From Somniosus microcephalus (lineage: Eukaryota), in the NCBI GenBank assembly GCA_052327205.1, contig CM126207.1, positions 234,050,001 to 234,114,000 on the forward strand: a stretch of 64,000 nt of DNA, written 5' to 3'. The translations under genes and the position numbers were made by a program. This document shows positions 10,341 to 22,475 of this stretch, one piece after another (positions within the stretch are counted from its first letter, which is position 1; every line of letters starts with the position of its first letter). The notes below the pieces were generated by a model. That model ran no database searches, had not been told where the DNA came from, and saw nothing but the letters and a program-made list of their open reading frames with translations.

Positions 10341-13300
10341 GTATCACTTTATTGCTTTTTATAGCTCTCCTAGTCCACTGGATTTCCAGAACAGTGTTGT
10401 AATTAAAGAGACATCATATTTAAGAACGTGGCAAACCAGTTCTTTTGTTTACAAATACTAGACACGCCGACATAAACTGCACCGTTCAAATGCATTATAC
10501 GTGCATGACTACATCAGATATGCATTACTGCATCATACATACACTATCATAAGTACATGACTACATTATATGTGCAGTGCATCATGCGCATTAACTGCAT
10601 CATACATGTATGATTTCATGATAAAAATGATGGTAAGCTCTTCTGCCTTCCTAAATGAAAAGATGTGAGCACAGTACCCTTTTTGAAGAGGTTCTGAGGA
10701 CGTCAGCAGCTTATTGTTAGGTTTAAATGTTTGTACAGTGAAGGCATCTTTTAATTGCACTTTATCTATGGAATCACAAGCCTGAAAATACCAAGACGTA
10801 GCTGCCCACACAGAAAAGTATGGAAAATGAGACTTCCCACAAACCCAGGAGATTAGTAGCTCTGTTTGCCAGTTGTTGCCAGAATACTCCATAGGATATT
10901 ATTCAGAGAACTCCTACAGGATCCACAAGGCTCTTAGCATAGTTTTTTTTAATAAATTCTAAAAAAACCTATAAAATGAATCATAAATCCTACAGACTTT
11001 TTACAATCTCATAGCTCTTAGAACACCCAAGGGACCTGAGTTTAGATTCCCCTTTTTCTCTTTCAAGTTGCTTTGCTTTGGTTTTCCTCCTAAAAAGCTC
11101 ACTTTTCCAAAAATAATCAAGTATGTATAAATTCCAGAACCTTCACTCACCTGCCCTGACCCTAATATTTTATGTCAGTCCTGAAAATGTAAATTAAGAT
11201 GTTACTCTGAATTTTTTAACTCCACTGAAATAATGACGGGCAATGTCTGCAGTGCCATTTAATAAGTATGATATATGTAGCCTGTGCAGAGTAAAAAAAA
11301 TGCATATTATCTCCCTAAAACTACACTTCTTGTCCAGCAAGAATGCATTCAAGTATGTAGCGATCTGGGGATTTATAGGTTCTTATCGCTACAAGTAGTA
11401 ACTACAGTTTTATTCGTATAACAGCTTCATAGTTGAACATTTACAAAATCTTAGATGACAAAATTAATGTTCTGTGAGAATAGTTGAAGTGTTCCACTAA
11501 ATTGGCAGATTATGCAAAAAACTATTGAGAACACTGTTAATCATCTGCTCATGTCATTTACTGAAAGGGATCTGACAGCATATTTACATTAAACACATCT
11601 GACTCGCTATTTCCTATGTGTTGTAAGCTTTTTTTTGCCAGTAACACTGAATCATTCAAGTGATACTCGGCAAGCAGAAACTTGGGTGAGTAGGATGGTT
11701 TACGGATTGTTTTGGGTGAGCATTGCTTTTAATGACATCAACTCTTGCTGTGAATTAGTAACTAACTGCCATTCTGAAGCTTGGTTAATTGAATAACAGC
11801 TGCTTTTTATACATGACATGAAGTGGCATTGCGCAATATTTATTGATTTTTGCTAAAAAAAAATAATTGATAGTATAATTTGTCAAACCTGCCACTTTAA
11901 AACAGCTACTTCTTTATCTGCAAAAATATTAAAAGTAATTGGAAAGTAAACACAGAGTCTGATTATTTGTTTCAAAATGGATGGACCCTCCAGCCATCAA
12001 TAAACTTGGATTATTGGAGCTACCTTCAAGAAAGCATACGGGATTCATCTCCCACCCTTCCTGCACCACCAGATAAATGTGCTTATTGTTCGACAGACAT
12101 CACAACGCACTTTGAGATGCTGCAGTCTGCCATTGCCGGAAGCATTTTCAGTTTCCTTATGATGATTTTAATTTTTGCATTAATTTTTAGATCTTTGAAG
12201 GCCCCTCTATAGCTGCAGGCTTCCCCAGCCCCTGAAGCTATTTTTTCACTAAATCCCACTGATTCCATTTCCTGGCAATGATACAATGTTTGTAATATTG
12301 GTGATACGTTTGGCAAACTATAATCCCCAGCCCCTCCGTGCAGGAGTGCACAGTTCATATCTGGTGTTCAAATGAGAACATCCCGAGTGCACAGCTTGGG
12401 AGTGGAGGTACTCTTATTTTTTTTACAATCATAATTAAAGTATTTCTCTGTACCCTGGCACTACCCCTTCCAGATAGCAATCAAAATCCATACAAACTAC
12501 AATTCATCTGTTCAGCTTGTATCTAATTGATTACAAAAAATATCTAATTATCTTGACCAATAGTCTTTTATTCAATCAATAATAACTGAACAATAATATC
12601 TAGCTGCATGACTGTTTCACATGGGAGGCAGGGCAGGGTGATCAGGCACGCAAATACCAACAGGAAAGAACACAGCTCCCAATTTCCTCAGGACCCGAGG
12701 AATACCTGGGGAGTAACCTGGATGGGTGAGGAAAGGTGTGGTAATGCTGGATCTCCACCCTAAAGATAATTACGAGGGAATTTGCTCTGGGGGTGGAAGC
12801 AGTCGGTCCCCTGGAAGCCTGATGTCACAAAAAGTGGCAGGTACAGTGGGATGATGTAATCTGCCAGAATTCCTTCTGCTCCCTTCTCCACTGCCTTAAA
12901 TACATCTGGCCAGGTGCCGCCGTTCAGTGCGCTGCAGCAGGATAAGTGGGACCCACGCATGTTTCAGGCCAGGGCGATGGCCTGGCGACAGTATAACTCC
13001 AGTCCAGTGCAAAGCCACATTTTAAAAGTACCTAGGTAGTGTAATAGAATTCCTGGGGAATTTGCTAAACTTATTTTTCAATCTTTAAATATTACAAGAA
13101 AGCAGAGGCAATCATATAGCATTAAAAATTATTACCAGGGGAGTATCATGCAAGCATATATGTGTGTGCATCTTCTTGATTGCTAAGCTCAAACAGAGGC
13201 ACAATTGGTAGTGTAAGTCTGGTCTGCTGAATGGGCAATGCACGCTACAGATACTGGTTTGAAACCGATAGCTCAATTTATCTGCCTCCCCCTATACAGA

Positions 13301-14183
13301 GTAGAGGTGTAACATTGTTTACTTTATAATTATTACTGTTACCAAAGAGGTGTGAGACTTTTATCTAATATTCATCCCATTTACACAAGACTTACAAACC
13401 ACTATATGCTGGTGCACCTCATGGAGTTCCAGGTAAGTTGGCCCGTGACCTCTCGAGGTTGGATCTTCAAGTTGCCTCTTGGTGGGGTTTCCATAGTGAA
13501 CTGGTGTGCATACAGTGCAGTAACATGGCGGTCGATCAAACAAGTCACAGTTCACTTGCCTTGGGGGAAGGGGAACAAAAATCTGCAGTGGTTGCTTTGA
13601 TTTCTGTTTCTTTCTTTTTGCCAGAATAAGACATAGTCCTCATGTGAAATATGGAAGCTCATGAAAATACTGTGACACAATGACATTTTAGGAAAAAAAT
13701 AGCAACACTTCGAGTTTTAAAAATAACATTAATAAATCACAAAACTATTATCAAAGCAACTACATAAAATAAGTTGTTCCAACTAGCCAAATTTATCTGA
13801 AAAACAAACTGAATCCACTCAAACTTTCTGCTGAAAACTATTGAATACAACTAGCTCCTTCATTTACAGCACTAATGATAAGTAACACAATGTGTATTTT
13901 GCAGAAGATATGTTCCTTATTGTACATTCAATGGGCTACATTTTAAAGTTTTTCTTAAGTCAAATTCACACGTTCTGTTAAATATCTATTTAATAGTATG
14001 ACTACTATAATTTAGAAAGTTAGCCTAGTTTACTACTAATCTGAAGCCTAATGAAAATGTAAGTTAAAAATACAGCTGCATGAAAGGCTGCAATATTTGA
14101 ATCCCCCCCCCCGCAATATTCTCTTCTCTTTGGAAAGCATGGATTCTTGCTGGGGCACTGGAAGCCCTCTAATATCTTACCCA

Positions 14184-14415
14184 AGTGGCCATTCTTCATT
14201 AGTAAGACCATAACAGGCCGCACAGGTGAGTCCATTCTTGTTTTCATCTTATGTCCACACAATTTCACTTTCCAGCAGGGATCACTGGGCAGCAATTAGG
14301 AGTTGAATTCTCGTTAATTTTTCCTTCCGCTAGCCTAAGGCACTGAGGCCAGTTATGGTGTCCCACGACTGTCCTGGTTGAGATCATCTAATGCAGCGGA
14401 GTCCAGGGATTGAAG
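14184..14415 (-). mobile_element. Old tRNA-headed SINE family, partial copy
   Basis: Reverse complement shares blocks with 52606-53010 (TGGCCTCAGTGCC, CTGGAAAGTG, AAGAATG). Confidence 0.6.
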
Positions 14416-15412
14416 AGTGTAAACAAATTTACCAAACCGAGTTGGAAGTGACCCAGAAGCCTCACTTAGACGGTTACCAGGGCCGTCTAAAAAACAGGCC
14501 CCGACTAATTTAGCAGTGGCCTGATCACCCATGCAGATCGGGTGCAGGCCTCTGCCCTGCTAAATTGGTTAATGTTTCACATGCTTTACACCCATTAATG
14601 ATGTTAAATTTAGACCCAACTGTTCTTAAATTATAGGTGTAACTGAGGCAAATAAACAAACAAGCAAAACTCATCAAATTCAAAGCTGACATTGTTGTGT
14701 TTGGTTTCACCTCTGTGATACTGATTTTGCTGATGTGTGCCTTCTTATTTGTATGGCTTAGTTATTGAATCAGCGTCCTATGCATGCACATCTGTTCTAC
14801 CTGGTATCACAAGCTACCAAAGACACTCAGTTGGGCTTCTACCTAATTTTAAATGATTAGATATAAAACAGCTTATCCACTTACACAGATGTAACATGAC
14901 AGCAGTTCTAAACTTGAGGTTGTGCATCTTACCTTTCTCACCTCAGGGATAGCTGAACATTATCACAATTCTAAAATACATACTGTACTGTTAAATTTGC
15001 TCTTCCTTTGGTTTATCCTCTAAGGCCCTGCTCAAGTATTTCACCTTATTTGTTTGTGGTTTATCATGGAAAACACTGCCTTATAGTCTCAGAGGTTTTT
15101 ATGCAAAGTCTAAGGGCTTGGTTTTCCTGTTGTATAATAGAGGTAACACTATTTGTATCAGCAAAAAGATTTATCAGCATATATCAACATAAATGGAGGT
15201 ATGCTTCATAGCCAGTAACTTTGGAATCTTTAAAGCGCTCTCAATGCTGGCACACGGGAGGGTCACAGGGAATGGGAAAGTGCTATCCACTGAGACCCAT
15301 CACTGCTAAAAATACCAAAGGTATTTTCAGACTCTCGGAAGTGCCATGCAAAATGTGTCTCTCTCCCTCCCCATCAATGACGTAACACCACCATGTTAAA
15401 AAAAATATTCAC

Positions 15413-15700
15413 GGGACTGGATGGTACAATGAATTAACACAGTGACCTTTTACCTCTGAGACTTGGCTGGGATCTACTAGTCATAAGAGTCTACTATGTG
15501 GCCCATGTTTGGGAAACCTCAATCCAACTCCCAGTGGGCACAGTCCACACCATAAGAATATTTTGTGTGGAAAATTTGCACTGGTACAATGAGCTAGTCT
15601 TCTGCGGCTGGAGGTTAAGGAAAGTTGTTGAGGTGGAGGAGAGTGAGTTTTACTCTGCGCCTGGCTATGCTGCACATGACCAAGGCATTTGCTTGTAATA
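15413..15700 (+). mobile_element. LF-SINE-like ancient SINE, degenerate
   Basis: GGGACTGGATGG start, CCTTTTACCTCT, and CTCAATCCAACTCCCAGTGGGCACAGTCCACACCA resemble, in order, my recollection of the LF-SINE consensus. Right boundary uncertain. Confidence 0.5.
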
Positions 15701-16829
15701 CCAAGTGAGTTCATGCCTTGCCCTAAAATAGGCAAGAGATGAAAAAGCAGACTTTTCTACAAATTCTCTTTTGAAGTGAACAAGAAATCAATCAACTAGA
15801 AATGACTAATTTGTCCTTCAAAAGGAAATTCATGAGTGGTATTTTTTAGGTAACTAGAAAAGTGAATTCTACGAAAGAATAATTAGATGCAAATATTTAG
15901 ATGCAAAAAATGTAAATATTGCCCAGTATCTGAACCAGGCTGACAACCTCAAGCAAGACAAGCCTATATAATGGGTGGAATGTCATCCCATTGTCAACAC
16001 AATAACATGTTGCATTTCTGGCTTCATTTGGTCCAAGAGGTCATCATCATTCCAAAGATCATTCGATCAGAATAGGCTGCTATTGCTTACAGGAAAGTAG
16101 CAGAGAATAACTAGCTGCAACAGGAGAATGGTGTACAATTCTGCAAATTCTCTTCACTCTAAATCCATCCTTTATTACTTAAAAGATTCTCCAGGTATTG
16201 AATTATTGTCCCATGCTTTGTTCTCTGAAATTTGCAACAATGAAATGCTTACCATGATTCTGTCGTCCGATGCAATTGTGGCAGATGGCCCAGTGCAAAC
16301 AATGGAGTCTGAGCAGAGCACCAAACGCGTATGGAACATACTGTATGTTCCCAACAGGTTTCTCACCGCTAACAATGGCAGAGTAAGCTGGCGGAGAATG
16401 ATATACTGTTGCGCGCAGTACAGTTCCATGTGGTGTTGTATTCCCATTGTTTTCAATGTGACAAAGTAGTATCGCGCATTTCCAACTATAATAATGGCAG
16501 TAATAATAATATACCTGAATTATTTAATAGCTTAATACTTCAAAAATATCTCAAAGCGATTTACACAACAAATTAATTTTGGGGAGTGCGGTGACTGTTG
16601 TAAGGTCAGCCAACTAACTAGTCAAAGATACACTGCAGGAAAACACTTTTACTGTTGTATTGTTTACGAGCAGATCCTCCATTTAGAATCACAATATTAA
16701 AACCTTTTCTGTCATTTTCATTTGTTTTTATTAAACTTCTCATCAAAGCAAAATTTTTAATGTTAGGATGAAAAAGGGCATTGTGTTTCCTCTCTCCATT
16801 CCACCAGCCCCAATTTTCTCTCTTCACCT

Positions 16830-17160
16830 CTCAAAAGCACTGGTTCTTGCTGGCATATGGTCCTTTGTGGGTGACAGCTCTCCGGTGTCTCACTCAAATG
16901 GCCGTTTTTGATATATAAACTTAGACAGCGAGTACTGATCAGCTATTTGACTGCAAAGGAAATTACAACCAAGTCTGATGTTGTTTTCACCACACATCTA
17001 GAAAATGCGCTCCTAGCAGGATCACTTGATAAGGAGCACGAACTCTGACTGAACTTTTCTTTCCTGGCCAAAAGGGTACCAAGGCCAGCTTAAGTACCCC
17101 AACTGCTACCTTGGCTGAAATCAGATACCTCAGAACAGGCTACTGATTGAAATTAAGATC
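16830..17160 (-). mobile_element. Old tRNA-headed SINE family, heavily diverged copy
   Basis: Collinear similarity to 14184-14415 (TGGCC..., TAGCAGGATCACT, CAAGGCCAG, TGGCTGAAATCAG) and to the reverse of 52606-53010. Confidence 0.5.
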
Positions 17161-17257
17161 TACTAGATCACCTAGGGAGCGGGGGACAGTTTTGAAAGAC
17201 CCTACAGATGTATTCTTCTTTAAATGGGCGATATTGCTTTTGAACTGTTTCTCTCTA

Positions 17258-17593
17258 GGAAACTATTTCCTCTAATGGAGGATTCCTGAAAAGGTGGGGG
17301 GCAATCTTAAAATTGGATCTAGGTCATTTAGGAGTGAAATCAGGAAGCACTTTTTCACATAAAGGCAGTGCAAATCTGGCACTCTCTGCCAAAAAGCTTT
17401 GGATGCTGGGTCAATTGGAATTTTCAAGACTGACACAGAGATTTGTGTTAGGTAAGGGTATCAAGGTATATGGATCAAAGGCAGGTAAATGGAATTGAGG
17501 TACAGATTAGCCATGATCTGACTGAATGGCGGAACAGGCTCAAGGAATGGCCTACTCCTATGATCACTACTCTATGCTTTTCAGGTGAACGGC
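17258..17593 (+). mobile_element. CR1 3' fragment with an extra 3' extension
   Basis: GTAAGGGTATCAAGGTATATGGATCAAAGGCAGGTAAATGGA...AGCCATGATCT...GGCCTACTCCTATG; same subfamily as 37909-38098. Confidence 0.85.
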
Positions 17594-17709
17594 ATTTTCC
17601 TTGTATTGTGGAAGCTTTCAAGAGACTTTGAGAAATGCAGTATTTTTAACAGGCCCTATATACAACCAAAAGATTTTGGACTTCAAGAACTAGTTTCAAA
17701 TCATAAATG

Positions 17710-17853
17710 CAAAAAGAAAATACTGCAGATGCTGGAAATCTGAAATAAAAAGTTCTGACGAAAGATCATCGACCTGAAATGTTAACTCTGTTTCTCTCTT
17801 CACAGATGCTGCCTGACCTGCTGAGTATCTCCAGCATTTTCTGTTTTTATTTA
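17710..17853. mobile_element. Penelope-like short repeat with an inverted 5' piece, flanked by a 12-bp TSD
   Basis: AAAATACTGCAGATGCTGGAAATCTGAAATAA followed by the opposite-orientation body GTTCTGACGAAAG...CTGCTGAGTATCTCCAGCATTTTCTG. AAATCATAAATG is duplicated at 17698-17709 and 17854-17865. Confidence 0.75.
17751..17787 (+). ncRNA. Minimal type I hammerhead ribozyme motif, degenerate
   Basis: AGTT-CTGACGA-A-AGATC atc GACCT-GAAA-TG-TT-AACT: stem I AGTT/AACT, CUGANGA and GAAA cores, stem II with one mismatch, stem III palindrome ACGT decayed to ATGT. Confidence 0.65.
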
Positions 17854-18570
17854 AAATCATAAATGTTAGATTAAAGAGTCTCAGTTCACCACAACTAACC
17901 TCAATTGAATATGCAAACATGCTGGGCTATATTTTCCTTTTTTCACTAAATCCAGTGAAGAGTTGCCAGGAATGTAAAATGAGGAGCACCAATGGCTCAA
18001 CTACCTGTCTGTAGCTCCACCGACACACTTGGAGCATAAAAATGTACATCGCAGATAGCACCCCTCTACAAACAGCCGTGTGCACACACGCACATATACA
18101 ATACTGCAGTGTTCAGAATTCCAATTTTTGTTTATGCACATTACACACCAGTAATGAGGCAATTTCAACATTTACATTATTTCCATGGATGGCTTGTTTA
18201 CAGTTGCTGCTATTAGTGTGATGTGCATAGAAGATGGAGGATGTCACCTGGAGTAAAAGGATTCATTCTCCAATACATATTTTTTTAAACAATTAAATTA
18301 AATTGAAATTACAATATCCTTTAGGGGCATAGACTGGCTCCATCTTTAGTTGCACAGCTTACATCTGGGTTGCCCCAAATACCATGGAAGTTGAGCAGGC
18401 ATTTCATGATACATTCGCATGTTGCCTGGGCTCTATTTATACAGGCATACAGCAGGTCTGAGGATTGTGTTTGAAACATATCTGTAGGTATAATCACACT
18501 GGGCACTTTGGGTCCCAAATGTAGATAGGATTATATGCATTCTGCAGCCAGTGGAAAATACTGCCCATGT

Positions 18571-18935
18571 CATAGAAACATAGAAACTAGGAGCAGGAGT
18601 AGGCCATTCGGCCCTTCGAGCCTGCTCCGCCATTCAGCGAGATCATGGCTGATCATCCAAACCCTAGCACCCGGTCCCTACACCGACAGCCATCCCACCC
18701 AAGCCCTGTCCCCGTAACCCCGTAACCCCACGTATTTAATCCCCCTAACACTAAGGGTCAATTTTTATCATGGCCAATCAACCTAACCCGCACATCTTTG
18801 GACTGTGGGAGGAAACCGGAGCAAACCCACGCAAACACGGGGAGAATGTGCAAACTCCACACAGACAGTCACCCGAGGCCGGATTTGAACCCGGGTCCTT
18901 GGCGCTGTGAGGCAACAGTGCTAACCACTATGCCA
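18571..18935 (-). mobile_element. HE1-type V-SINE (tRNA head, V domain, CR1-derived tail), near full length
   Basis: Minus strand reads TGGCATAGTGGTTAGCACTG (A box), GGGTTCAAATCCG (B box), TGTGTGGAGTTTGCACATTCTCCCCGTG...CCCACAGTCCAAAGATGTGCGGGTTAGG (V domain), then a CR1 tail ending TTTCTATGTTTCTATG. Confidence 0.9.
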
Positions 18936-19135
18936 TTTAAATCCCTTTCCTACCTCGACTAGATTGGAATGATTGCGTTGGCCCTCAAACTTATTGGCCC
19001 TAAGTGATGAGTTTATTCATCTCTTAACATGTTTTGCAATGTGCCTACCAGGCTCCGCCCTTCATTCCTGTCTTTTACCTCCTTACAGTAGAGCCATTGA
19101 CATTCTTACATTTCCTTTCAAATTCACTTTTAGAA

Positions 19136-19245
19136 AAAAAAATTGCATTTATATAGCACCTTTCATGAACTCAGGACGTCCCAAAGTGCTTTACAGTCAA
19201 TGAAGTACTTTTGAATTGTAGTCACTGTTGTAATGTAGGAAACGC
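19136..19245 (-). mobile_element. 3' end of a Deu-type/L2-tailed SINE
   Basis: Minus strand CCTACATTACAACAGTGACTAC...GTAAAGCACTTTGGGACGTCCTGAG...GGTGCTATATAAATGCAA. Confidence 0.7.
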
Positions 19246-19625
19246 ATAGTTTCCAGTCTCATTTATTGGTTTTATAATCCCACTGAATACAACAAATGTT
19301 TCCAGTAAATTAGATAAGATAATACAAGTTAGTACCTATCTAACAAAGAATGAAATACAAATGCAGCATACATGAAATGTACACTACAAGATCATTAACA
19401 TGTTGGCTGGAGAGTGGAAAGAACTCTGTGTAGTCCTAAAAATCCAATATAATTCTGATGTGCAATAATCGGTTTATTGTGAGTAAGAAAAAAACTAAAT
19501 TCTAGTAGCATGCATTTAAATGTTGCTTTTTGTTTGCTGGGTGACTGGCCTAGTTAAAACTGCAATATTCAGAATGTATTTCCAAAGCAGATAAGTAAAA
19601 AAATTATGAATATGTGGAGTAATTA

Positions 19626-19959
19626 CAGGAAACTTTGGTTTATCCGGAGGTTAACTGTCCGGAATGCTCGAGCCACCAGCAAAATTCAGGAGTCGGTTCA
19701 GTAAGTTTCTTTTCTTTTCGTTGCTTTTTTTTCACTAGTCAGGCTCTGCAAGGCCTAGCTAAAGCTGTTGCTTAGCTACAGAGACGCTTGCAAGCTACGG
19801 CCGACTGTTTAGAAGCTGTTGCTAAGCAACAGGGTTTGTTGCTAGATATGGAGCTCAAAAGCTTCCGTATGTTTTAACATTAGCGCTGGTTTGTCCGGCA
19901 GTTTTGATGAGACGGCAACAGCTCGGTCCCGTCGGTGCCGGATAACACAAAGTTTCCTG
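19626..19959. mobile_element. Tc1/mariner (pogo/Tigger-like) MITE, copy 2
   Basis: TIRs CAGGAAACTTTGGTTTATCCGG and CCGGATAACACAAAGTTTCCTG; TA TSD on both sides; 334 bp. Confidence 0.9.
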
Positions 19960-20005
19960 TACAAGGCAGTAATCTTGAGGAGATTCAGGTGATGTCAAAC
20001 TGCAA

Positions 20006-20133
20006 CTGATGAAGGATCCCAGACCTGAAACGTTAACTCTGTTTCTCTCTCCACAAATGCTGCCTGGCCTGCTGAGTATTTCCAGCATTTTCTGTTGTTA
20101 TTTCAGATTTCCAGCATCTGCAGTATTTTGCTA
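20006..20133 (+). mobile_element. Penelope-like short repeat starting at a hammerhead core
   Basis: CTGATGA-AGGATC cca GACCT-GAAACGTT-AACT, then the same body as 17751-17853 and TTTCAGATTTCCAGCATCTGCAGTATTTT. Confidence 0.75.
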
Positions 20134-21893
20134 TTATATGCAATAGCAGTGTACTGTATAACCATCTTCTGAGATCCAAGATGAGATTTTTGCCTTAATA
20201 TCATCATTTTATAAAATAAAAGTATATTTTTACTTATGTTTGCTTATGGGGTGGTTTTACACAATTTTACAGCAGCTTTCATGATGGACATTAACAGCAA
20301 GTGCACTCGATTTTATTAATATCCACAATGAAAGATTAATGCTTCTGAAGAAATCATTGCAAGTTTATCAAGCAATAATAATCAACACTTGATTACTAGG
20401 AAATAATAGTCAGTATACAAGATAATAATTGATTTCCTAAAGCTCGTGTTTTGTTCTTTCAAGATGTTTGAGTATTTTCAGAAGACTTTCATTTGACAGG
20501 CAAAGCTCTGTTTACAAAGTACAGCAACATCAACCTTCTGACACCAATTCCTCTCAATCACAGAGCCAGAACTAGTGCTGGAAATCTAATTGCATTGGTG
20601 CATAAATGTATGTACACGTGATGTCACATCGAAAGGTTAACACATCTTTAAGGAGCAGGGCACCTCAATACCATGCTATTAGCAGAAGAATTGCTTACTA
20701 ATTTTTTGGGGGTCAGCTTGGTCTGACATTTGCAGAAACCTCTCACTGTGGGTAAGAGTCTCCAAGTCAAACTACTGAGAGCTCCATATAAGCAGAGTTT
20801 CTATCTGCCGAATATGGAGTGCACATTCTCCCTGTAAGGGCTCACCCCACTTATCTAAGTCCAGAGAGAGTTTGGATAGCCAAAACTTAGGGAGACCCAA
20901 GTGTGTGTAAGGGTACTACTGGAGCTTAACCAGCCACAGCTTAATAGCACAGCTCCATGTTTGTCCAGTAAGGATACCCCTATTTATTAGGGCCCTGGCT
21001 TGCAGGGTTATCTGGAACTCACGTGAAGAAACCCAGTCCTCAGTAATTGCTCTATTCCTCCATGTCTCATTAAAGAGCTAGGGCAGCTGGCCCTATCGGT
21101 GAGGTGGACTGGCTGGTCAAGCAGCAGTAGTGCCCTGGAGTACTGTGAACTTGCCCAGCTCAGGTATCACATTACTGAGTCTGTCACAAGGAACTGACTC
21201 AGTTCCAATTTTCCATCATCAAGCACATCACCTTGGAGCCAGCTCAACCCCAAAAAGACTCTGTTTACAACTAATATTATGATTTTTCAACTTATTTGTA
21301 AACTTACAACACATAAGATGCAAATAAAATGTTTAAAAGCACTGTTCGAGCTGCTCTGCTATCTTTGCCAGGCTTGCACCTTGAATTGAGGATAGTGGAT
21401 GACTGCTCTCACCCACCTGCTGCCTGATCCCCTTTATCAGACAGTGCATACTGCAGGGGCAGAATTGAGAGACTTGCTGTTGTATCTGTCACTATATTTC
21501 ACCTACACAGAGCACCAAGGGGATGTACTGGCTGGGTTGGAGCGCACCCTCTCAATCATTTACTTTTTAAAAAAAACAAAAGAGCAACTTCCTGTGAAGG
21601 GAGAGTTTAAGTTACAATTTCACTTCGCTTTGGTATCCTGCTCCTTTAAATCACAAATGTGTAACAGATATGACTTTCAGGAAATGAAGTACGTACTGTG
21701 AAAGTCCTTTCAAACCTACTAAAGCAGTGTGGCTTTAATAAGATCAGGCTTTCACTGAGTTCAAATGCTACCTTGCATATTTCAACAGGGGCTGCTATAT
21801 AAAGTTAGATTTTTGGTAAAGAAACAAACTGCTTTTAACTGTGAAATACTAGGTTCCAAATTCAGTCTCTTTTGCCTCTTCAAAGAAGCTTCG

Positions 21894-22475
21894 TAGAAAC
21901 ATAGGAACAGGAGTAGGCCATTCAACCCCTCAAGCCTGCTCCGCCATTCAATTAGTTCATGACTGATCTGTATCTTAACTCAATTTGCCTGCCTTTGTTC
22001 CATATCCCTTAATACCCTTACCTAACAAAAATCTATCAATCTTAGTTTTGAAATTTTCAACTGACCTAGCCTCAGCAGCTTTTTGCAGGAGAGAGTTCCA
22101 GATTTCCATTACCCTTTGCAGGAAGAAATGTTCCCTGACTTCACCCCTGAACAGCCTAGGTCTAATTTTAGGGTTATGCCCCCTTGTTCTGGACTCCCTC
22201 ACCAGAGAAAACAATTTCTCTCTATCCACCCTATCATATCCTTTAATCATCTTAAACACCTCAATTAGATCACCCTCAATTTTCTATATTCGAGGGATGC
22301 AACCTGTCCTTATAATTTAACCCTTTAAGCCCTGGCATCATTCTGGTGAATCTGCGCTGCACCCACTCCAAGGCCAATATATCCTTCCCAAGGTGTGGTA
22401 CCCAGAACTGAATGCTGTACTCCAGATGTGGTCTAACTAGAGCTCTATAGAACTGCAGCATAACTTCCACCCCTG
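21894..22475 (-). mobile_element. CR1 3' fragment (RT C-terminus + tail)
   Basis: Minus ORFs LQFYRALVRPHLEYSIQFWVP and KGYDRVDREKLFSLVRESRTRGHN; TAGAAACATAGGAACAGGAGTAGGCC tail. Confidence 0.92.

Noticed and set aside
10490-10615. Degenerate TGCAT/CATGACTACAT repeats
   Set aside because: Irregular low-complexity duplication with no constant repeat-spacer structure; not CRISPR-like.
10678-10781. Possible 104-nt minus-strand exon (tattttcag|...GG|gtactg)
   Set aside because: Weak donor, no recognisable peptide, and it does not restore frame alone or together with the 116-nt candidate.
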